Shown piece after piece: positions 58,939 to 64,000 of a DNA stretch of 64,000 bases. The translations under genes and the position numbers were made by a program. This DNA comes from Bordetella parapertussis (GTDB lineage: Bacteria > Pseudomonadota > Gammaproteobacteria > Burkholderiales > SG8-41): assembly GCA_945906815.1 (NCBI GenBank), contig CAMDRT010000010.1:4849-68848 (forward strand), given 5' to 3'. Numbering within the stretch: position 1 is the stretch's first letter; each line of letters starts with the position of its first letter. Below the pieces are notes generated by a model that made no database searches, was not told the DNA's origin, and saw nothing but the letters and a program-made list of their open reading frames with translations.

Positions 58939-60171
58939 ATGGCACGCGAAGGCTATATGATTCTGGATAGTGATCTGCACATGATGGAGCCGGACGACCT
59001 GTGGGCACGTTATCTCGACGGGCCCCATCGGGCAAACCCGCCGCGCTTCTTTGGCGGACGGCAGCAGCCGTTGACGCACAGCGCCGCGGATAAGGGCAAC
59101 GCCGACAGGATCAAAGGCATGGAGGTGCAGGGGTTGTCGATTCCGGCGTTCGCCAAAGCACAGGGTGCGGCGGCCTCCAGCCGTGAATTGCAGCGGCGCA
59201 GCCGTGCGCGTCATCCGCATTTTAATGTGGCGCGTGCGCGCGGCTTCGATGCGGCGTCCACCCTGACGGCAATGGATATCGAGGGCATCGACGTTGCGGT
59301 GATGTACGGCACGCGCGGACGGCAGATCCTGTGCCACGACGATTTGGCACCCGACTACGCCGCGGCATTGGCGCGCGCCTACAACAACTGGGCTTACGAT
59401 TATTGCAAGGAGGATCCGCAGCGCCTCAAATTCGCCGCGCAGATTTCAATGCACGACGTAGGGATGGCGGTCGAGGAAGCGCGCCGATGCGTCAGGGAAC
59501 TGGGCGCGGTGGCAGTGATCGGCACGCCGAACCCGGTCAACGGCCAGCATCTGCACGATGCAGCGTGCGAGCCGCTGTGGCACGAGCTCGAACGACTCAA
59601 TGTGCCGATCGGTTTTCACCCCACCGGCAACAGCTCGCTCAAGGATGACGCCGGCGCGCGTTATGTCGGCCACGCCAATTTTCATCCGATCGCGCATGCC
59701 ATACGCAATCCGGTCGAATTGATGGGCGCGCTTGCCAGCATGACCACCGGCGGCATACTTGAACGCCATCCTCAGCTGCGCTGCGCGTTCCTCGAAGGCA
59801 CGGCCGGCTGGCTCTACTGGTGGCTGTGGCGGCTCGACGACCAGTGGGAAAAGTTCGGCCCCGGCTGCGAGCAGCAACTGACGATGCCACCGAGCGAGTA
59901 CTTCAAGCGCCAGTGCTACATCGCGCTCGATGCCGACGAAGAGCCGGCGGTCGACGTCATCCACAAAATGGGCGCCGAATACTTCGTGGTGTCGAGCGAC
60001 TATCCGCATGGTGACGGCGCATTCCCCGAGGCGATGCAGCAGTTCTTCGGCCTGGCGCTGAATGATGAACAGCGGCGCAAGATACTGTGGGACAATTGCG
60101 CAAAGCTTTATGGCATCGCCAAACCGGCGGCAGCGTTGACCCGCGATGTGAGCGTTTCCAGCGCCGCATAA
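58939..60171 (+). CDS. amidohydrolase_2 (ACMSD/LigW-like) family protein, paralogue of 56659..57909
   Basis: 410 aa. LDSDLHMMEP, YNNW.YDYC..DPQRLKF, SSDYPHGD. Confidence 0.75.
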   Translation: MAREGYMILDSDLHMMEPDDLWARYLDGPHRANPPRFFGGRQQPLTHSAADKGNADRIKGMEVQGLSIPAFAKAQGAAASSRELQRRSRARHPHFNVARARGFDAASTLTAMDIEGIDVAVMYGTRGRQILCHDDLAPDYAAALARAYNNWAYDYCKEDPQRLKFAAQISMHDVGMAVEEARRCVRELGAVAVIGTPNPVNGQHLHDAACEPLWHELERLNVPIGFHPTGNSSLKDDAGARYVGHANFHPIAHAIRNPVELMGALASMTTGGILERHPQLRCAFLEGTAGWLYWWLWRLDDQWEKFGPGCEQQLTMPPSEYFKRQCYIALDADEEPAVDVIHKMGAEYFVVSSDYPHGDGAFPEAMQQFFGLALNDEQRRKILWDNCAKLYGIAKPAAALTRDVSVSSAA

Positions 60172-60205
60172 AACCAAAGTAAAATGGGGTCAGACTCGAA
60201 ATAAG

Positions 60206-60226
60206 TTGTAACTATTTGTTTTTATT
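60206..60226 (+). promoter_or_regulatory. AT-rich 21-nt box TTGTAACTATTTGTTTTTATT, copy 2
   Basis: Identical 21-mer, 86 nt upstream of the LLM gene ATG at 60312. Confidence 0.5.
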
Positions 60227-60311
60227 GGAATTTTTTTAATGCGTAGTGGCGCGGCATGAGCGCCCATGCCCACCCGGCATCTCCTCTGAACCCACCGAAA
60301 GCAGGCGCGCC

Positions 60312-61322
60312 ATGCGGTTGTCAGTACTCGATCAATCCACGGCCTCCAGGGGCCGGGATCAGGACGCAGCGATACGTGAAACACTGGCGCTGGCGAAGCA
60401 TTGCGACGCACTGGGTTATCACCGCTACTGGGTGTCAGAGCACCATAACTCCGGCAATATCGTGGGCACCGCGCCCGAGGTGCTGATGGCGGCCATCGCG
60501 GCCACCACGCCGCGTATCCGCGTGGGCAGCGCGGGCGTGATGCTGCCGCATTATTCTGCGTTGAAAGTGGCCGAGCAGTTTCGCGTGCTGGAGGCCATTG
60601 CGCCGGGCCGCATCGACCTGGGTGTCGGGCGCGCGCCCGGATCGGATCAACTGACGGCGCGCGCGCTGAATCCTTTTCCGCAAGACGTAAACGATCAGTT
60701 TCCGCAGCAGGTGCAGGAACTGCAGCACTGGGTGTCGGGCACGCCTTTGCCCAACGATCATCCGTTCAGGCGCGTGATCGCACACCCAACCGGACAGAGT
60801 TCACCGCAGATGTGGATACTCGGTAGTTCGGATTACGGTGCGCAACTGGCGGCCTATTTTGGTCTGCCGTATGCGTTTGCCTATTTTTTCAGTTATGGCT
60901 TTGATGTAGACCAGGCCCTCGCGCTGTATCGCAAGAGCTATCGCCCCAGCGACCGTTACCCCAAGCCGCAGACCACGATCTGCGTGTGGGCGCTGGCGGC
61001 GGACAGCGAAGCCGAAGCGCTGTATCAATTCAAATCGCGGGAACGCGCGCTGATTGAACGGGAATCGGGCATACGCCAGCCGCTGATGTCGCCGGAGGAA
61101 GCAACGGCACGCACCTTGTCGCCGCACGAGCAGGCGTTTTCACAAAAGCTGTTGCGCCAAGCGGTGGTGGGAACCGCAGAGCAGGTGAAAGCGCGCTTGG
61201 ATGAACTGGCGCAGCGGCTTGACCTCGACGAGTTGGTGGTGGTGACGTGGACCTACGACGCCGCGCCGCGTATGCGCTCGTATGAGTTGCTGGCAGAGGC
61301 GTACGGCTTGAAGCCGTCATAG
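60312..61322 (+). CDS. LLM-class flavin-dependent oxidoreductase (YhbW/MsnO8-like)
   Basis: ATG 60312. MRLSVLDQS, GYHRYWVSEHHN, GSAGVMLPHYS.LKVAEQF..LE...PGRIDLG.GRAPG. Confidence 0.8.
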   Translation: MRLSVLDQSTASRGRDQDAAIRETLALAKHCDALGYHRYWVSEHHNSGNIVGTAPEVLMAAIAATTPRIRVGSAGVMLPHYSALKVAEQFRVLEAIAPGRIDLGVGRAPGSDQLTARALNPFPQDVNDQFPQQVQELQHWVSGTPLPNDHPFRRVIAHPTGQSSPQMWILGSSDYGAQLAAYFGLPYAFAYFFSYGFDVDQALALYRKSYRPSDRYPKPQTTICVWALAADSEAEALYQFKSRERALIERESGIRQPLMSPEEATARTLSPHEQAFSQKLLRQAVVGTAEQVKARLDELAQRLDLDELVVVTWTYDAAPRMRSYELLAEAYGLKPS

Positions 61323-61357
61323 GCGCGGCCGCTGCCGCACGCGAGGAAAGTTCAAGC

Positions 61358-62374
61358 ATGCGCATAGGGCATAAGTGCCGGGCAACGCTAGCGGCTTTAA
61401 GCGTAGGGCTTGCTGTAATCGCCACCCCGTACTCTACGCTACCGGCGCACGGCGCCGCTGTCGATGCGGCTCGCGATTACCCCAACCGTCCCATCCGTTA
61501 CATACTGCCGGGCGGCCCCGGTTCCAGTGCCGACGTGTTCAGCCGCATACTCACCGCGAAGTTGAGCGAGATTCTCGGGCAGCAGGTGGTGGTGGACAGC
61601 CGCCCCGGCGCGGGCGGCATGCTGGGCATCGACATCGCGGCGAAAGCAGCGCCCGACGGCTACACCCTAGCGCGCGGCAACCTGCCGGGGCTGGCGATCG
61701 CGCCACATGTCTATAAGAAAATGCCCTATGACGCGTTGCAGGATTTGCTGCCGGTGTCGTTGACGGATACCAGCCACAACCTGCTGGTGGTGCATACCTC
61801 AATTCCAGTCAGTACTATGCGGGAACTGATTGCGTTGATGAAAGCTAAGCCCGACCAGCTCATCATGGCTACAGCCGGCGTTGCCTCCGGCGGGCACCTG
61901 GCCGGCGTGCTGCTCACCAGCATGGCGGGCGTGCGCGCGCTGCATGTGCCGTTCAAGAGTGCCGGCTTGTCTATCATCTCGGTCGTCGGCAACGAATCTC
62001 ACTGGAGCTTCACGTCGATAGGCGCGCCGCTGCCACACGTGCGCTCAGGGCGCTTGCGGGCGCTGGCGGTGGGTGGTGACAAGCGCGCCATTCCTTTCCC
62101 CGAGGTGCCTACCGCCGCCGAGGCTGGGCTGCCGGGGTATTTCTCCATGGGCTGGGCCGGCGTGGTGGTGCCGAAGGGCACGCCGCTTGCAATCATCGCC
62201 AAGCTCAATGCGGTCATCGGCACAGCGCTGCGTGCGCCAGACTTGAGAGAGCAGTTCCTCACGCAAGGCGCCGAACCTGCGCCCGGCACGCCCGAGGAAT
62301 TCGCGCGCTACATCCGTGCGGATTACGAGCGTATCGCGAAACTGGTGAAGATTGCGGGGCTGACGGTGGATTAG
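61358..62374 (+). CDS. Bug family (TctC-like) substrate-binding protein
   Basis: YPNRPIRYILPGGPGSSAD, DSRPGAGG, PDGYTL and HVPFKS. Confidence 0.85.
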   Translation: MRIGHKCRATLAALSVGLAVIATPYSTLPAHGAAVDAARDYPNRPIRYILPGGPGSSADVFSRILTAKLSEILGQQVVVDSRPGAGGMLGIDIAAKAAPDGYTLARGNLPGLAIAPHVYKKMPYDALQDLLPVSLTDTSHNLLVVHTSIPVSTMRELIALMKAKPDQLIMATAGVASGGHLAGVLLTSMAGVRALHVPFKSAGLSIISVVGNESHWSFTSIGAPLPHVRSGRLRALAVGGDKRAIPFPEVPTAAEAGLPGYFSMGWAGVVVPKGTPLAIIAKLNAVIGTALRAPDLREQFLTQGAEPAPGTPEEFARYIRADYERIAKLVKIAGLTVD

Positions 62375-62377
62375 AAG

Positions 62378-62493
62378 GGGTCAGGCCTTGCCTTTTGCCT
62401 CCAGCTTTGCGATCAACCTGCTCACCCAGGATAAGAAAAGCTCGGTGGCTTCGGCGATCGCAGTTTGTGTAGGCAAAAGGCAAGGCCTGACCC
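62378..62493. repeat. 23-bp perfect inverted repeat with 70-nt spacer between convergent genes
   Basis: GGGTCAGGCCTTGCCTTTTGCCT (62378-62400) and AGGCAAAAGGCAAGGCCTGACCC (62471-62493). The arms contain tandem heptads CCTTGCC TTTTGCC. Confidence 0.8.
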
Positions 62494-62501
62494 TACAGCT
62501 T

Positions 62502-63956
62502 TTAAGCCAGTAAGCGCATCACCTCAGTCACATCCGCTTGGTTTTCCAGATCGCGCACCAGCGCAATCATGCGCTCGATGTTCTGCGCTGCCAGTGGTTG
62601 GGCGGCGAACGACACACAGTCGCGGAATTTCCGTTCAACCCCATCCCAACCCACGCGCTGATGGGGGCCGCCGGGCACGCTGTCGGGGGTGCTGGTGAGC
62701 AGGCGGCCGTCTTTGGTTTTGATTTCCACGGTCACGTTGCCGATGGAGCCGGATGAACCGCCGCGCTCCATCTTGGCGCCGGGGATCGCACGGTAAAAAA
62801 CCCTGTCGGCCATCGCCAGCGCCGCCGCATCGCGCAGGCCCTCGCGGGTGTAATCACGCAGTGTGACGTCCCCACGCGCCATCATCACGCCGGTGGTGAA
62901 AGGAATACTGTACTTGCCGTCGATGCTCACCTGCGGGCGGCGTTTTTCGGCTAGCGGCTCGCATAACAGTTGCGTGCCGCCGGTGCCGCCGACGATGGTG
63001 ATCGATTCGATATCTTCCGGTGTGAGCCGGTGCGCGTTGCGCAGAATCAAGATCGCCGCATTGGTCGGGCGGGTGTAGGCGCAGGCGGGCCACACCTTGA
63101 AGCCGTGCGTCTGCAGCAGCGGAAAACGCGTGCCAAGCTCGCCAACGATGGCGTCCCAATCCGGTGTGGCGGTGCGCACGTAGTTGTGAAACAGGCCATA
63201 GCGGCCTTCAAGAAACGCCTGGTCGCCGATGATGCCGCGCCGCGCCATTTCTGCGCCGGCGGTTGCCGCCTGTCCGGAGAACCCCGCCTGCATCGCGCGC
63301 ATATGGGTAGCCGCGCCCACCGCCATCTGGCGGCTGCCGCTCATCTGGTTGTAGCCGATGCCGAGCGCGTTTTCCATTTTCTCTGCGTCTAGACCGAGCA
63401 GGCGTCCCGCCGTGGCCGAGCCGGAAATGTAGCCGAACAACTGCGTCGCAAACCAGCCCTCGGCCATGGTCCAGTCGGGAATGTCGATCGCCAGCGACAG
63501 CCGCGTGTGGATGTCGGTGCCAGCGGCGATGGCGGTGAGAAATTCTTTGCCGCTGATTTTTCGCTCGCCGGCGAGTTTTTCCGCCACCGCAAATGCGGGT
63601 GGGATGGTGGAGATGCTGACATGGCCGCCGTCACTCACGTCGTCGTAGTCGAGCATGTGCCCGAGGCTGCCATTGACGAATGCCGCCCACGGCGCGGGCG
63701 CTTTGCCGCCAAATCCCCAGATCGTGCTTTCTGCTTTGCCGCCAAGATCGCGCACGTATTCGTATACCAGCGTCGCTTCCTCGGCGATGCCGCTGGCGCC
63801 GATGGCCACGCCCAGCGTGTCGAGCACGCATTGCTTGGTGAGTTCAATTAACTCGCGCGGCAACGCTTGATAACGTAAGGTCGCCGCGTGGCACGCGAGT
63901 TTCAACGAGGCGTCGGTGCCGGCGGACTGGACGGTAGGGGAATACACACTACGCAT
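62502..63956 (-). CDS. MmgE/PrpD family protein
   Basis: 484 aa. LRYQALPRELIELTKQCVLDTLGVAIGAS, and GHMLDYDDV. Confidence 0.8.
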   Translation of the reverse strand: MRSVYSPTVQSAGTDASLKLACHAATLRYQALPRELIELTKQCVLDTLGVAIGASGIAEEATLVYEYVRDLGGKAESTIWGFGGKAPAPWAAFVNGSLGHMLDYDDVSDGGHVSISTIPPAFAVAEKLAGERKISGKEFLTAIAAGTDIHTRLSLAIDIPDWTMAEGWFATQLFGYISGSATAGRLLGLDAEKMENALGIGYNQMSGSRQMAVGAATHMRAMQAGFSGQAATAGAEMARRGIIGDQAFLEGRYGLFHNYVRTATPDWDAIVGELGTRFPLLQTHGFKVWPACAYTRPTNAAILILRNAHRLTPEDIESITIVGGTGGTQLLCEPLAEKRRPQVSIDGKYSIPFTTGVMMARGDVTLRDYTREGLRDAAALAMADRVFYRAIPGAKMERGGSSGSIGNVTVEIKTKDGRLLTSTPDSVPGGPHQRVGWDGVERKFRDCVSFAAQPLAAQNIERMIALVRDLENQADVTEVMRLLA

Positions 63957-64000
63957 GGCGGATCCTTCGATTGCGGGTGCAGGTTGAGGTCAACGATACG

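Noticed and set aside
62259-62483. 74-aa ORF inside the 23-bp inverted-repeat element
   Set aside because: It has no RBS, an Arg/Pro/Ser-rich composition, and overlaps the end of the Bug gene and both repeat arms. Most likely spurious.

Overview
High-GC, betaproteobacterium-like chromosome segment (Burkholderiales-like by gene content, not verified). I call about 60 protein genes, one tRNA and three gene remnants. Positions 1-38.1 kb are a patchwork of small catabolic modules: an XDH-type molybdoenzyme, amidohydrolases, TauD/TfdA and PhyH dioxygenases, carboxymuconolactone-decarboxylase (CMD) family proteins, luciferase-like (LLM) oxidoreductases, CoA-transferases, and orphan Bug/TctC solute receptors. 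This block contains a HigBA pair at 18.0 kb. It ends at VapBC, a degenerate integrase-like remnant and tRNA-Leu(CAA) at 37.4-38.6 kb. Positions 38.6-47.5 kb are a housekeeping block: queA, a thioesterase, tgt, yajC, secD, secF, a DedA-family gene, a thioredoxin-TPR protein and purB. Positions 47.6-64 kb return to catabolic modules: MmgE/PrpD, Bug receptors, a Frc-like CoA-transferase with an Oxc/HACL-like ThDP enzyme, amidohydrolases and an LLM. I see no rRNA, CRISPR array, intact mobile element, dedicated transcription factor or membrane transporter, and no recognisable defence system beyond the two type II toxin-antitoxin pairs. The least explained signals are non-coding: (1) intergenic palindromes whose arms are tandem 7-nt units, at five loci; (2) a recurrent AT-rich box with two identical 21-nt copies 44 kb apart; (3) an identical 17-nt palindrome at two loci. 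Other points are a fused double CoA-transferase whose N-terminal module appears to lack the catalytic Asp, a frameshifted Tat-lipoprotein paralogue of a lactonase, and lower-GC islets. I cannot point to a convincing new multi-gene system in this window. All family assignments come from motif recognition by eye, not from database searches.
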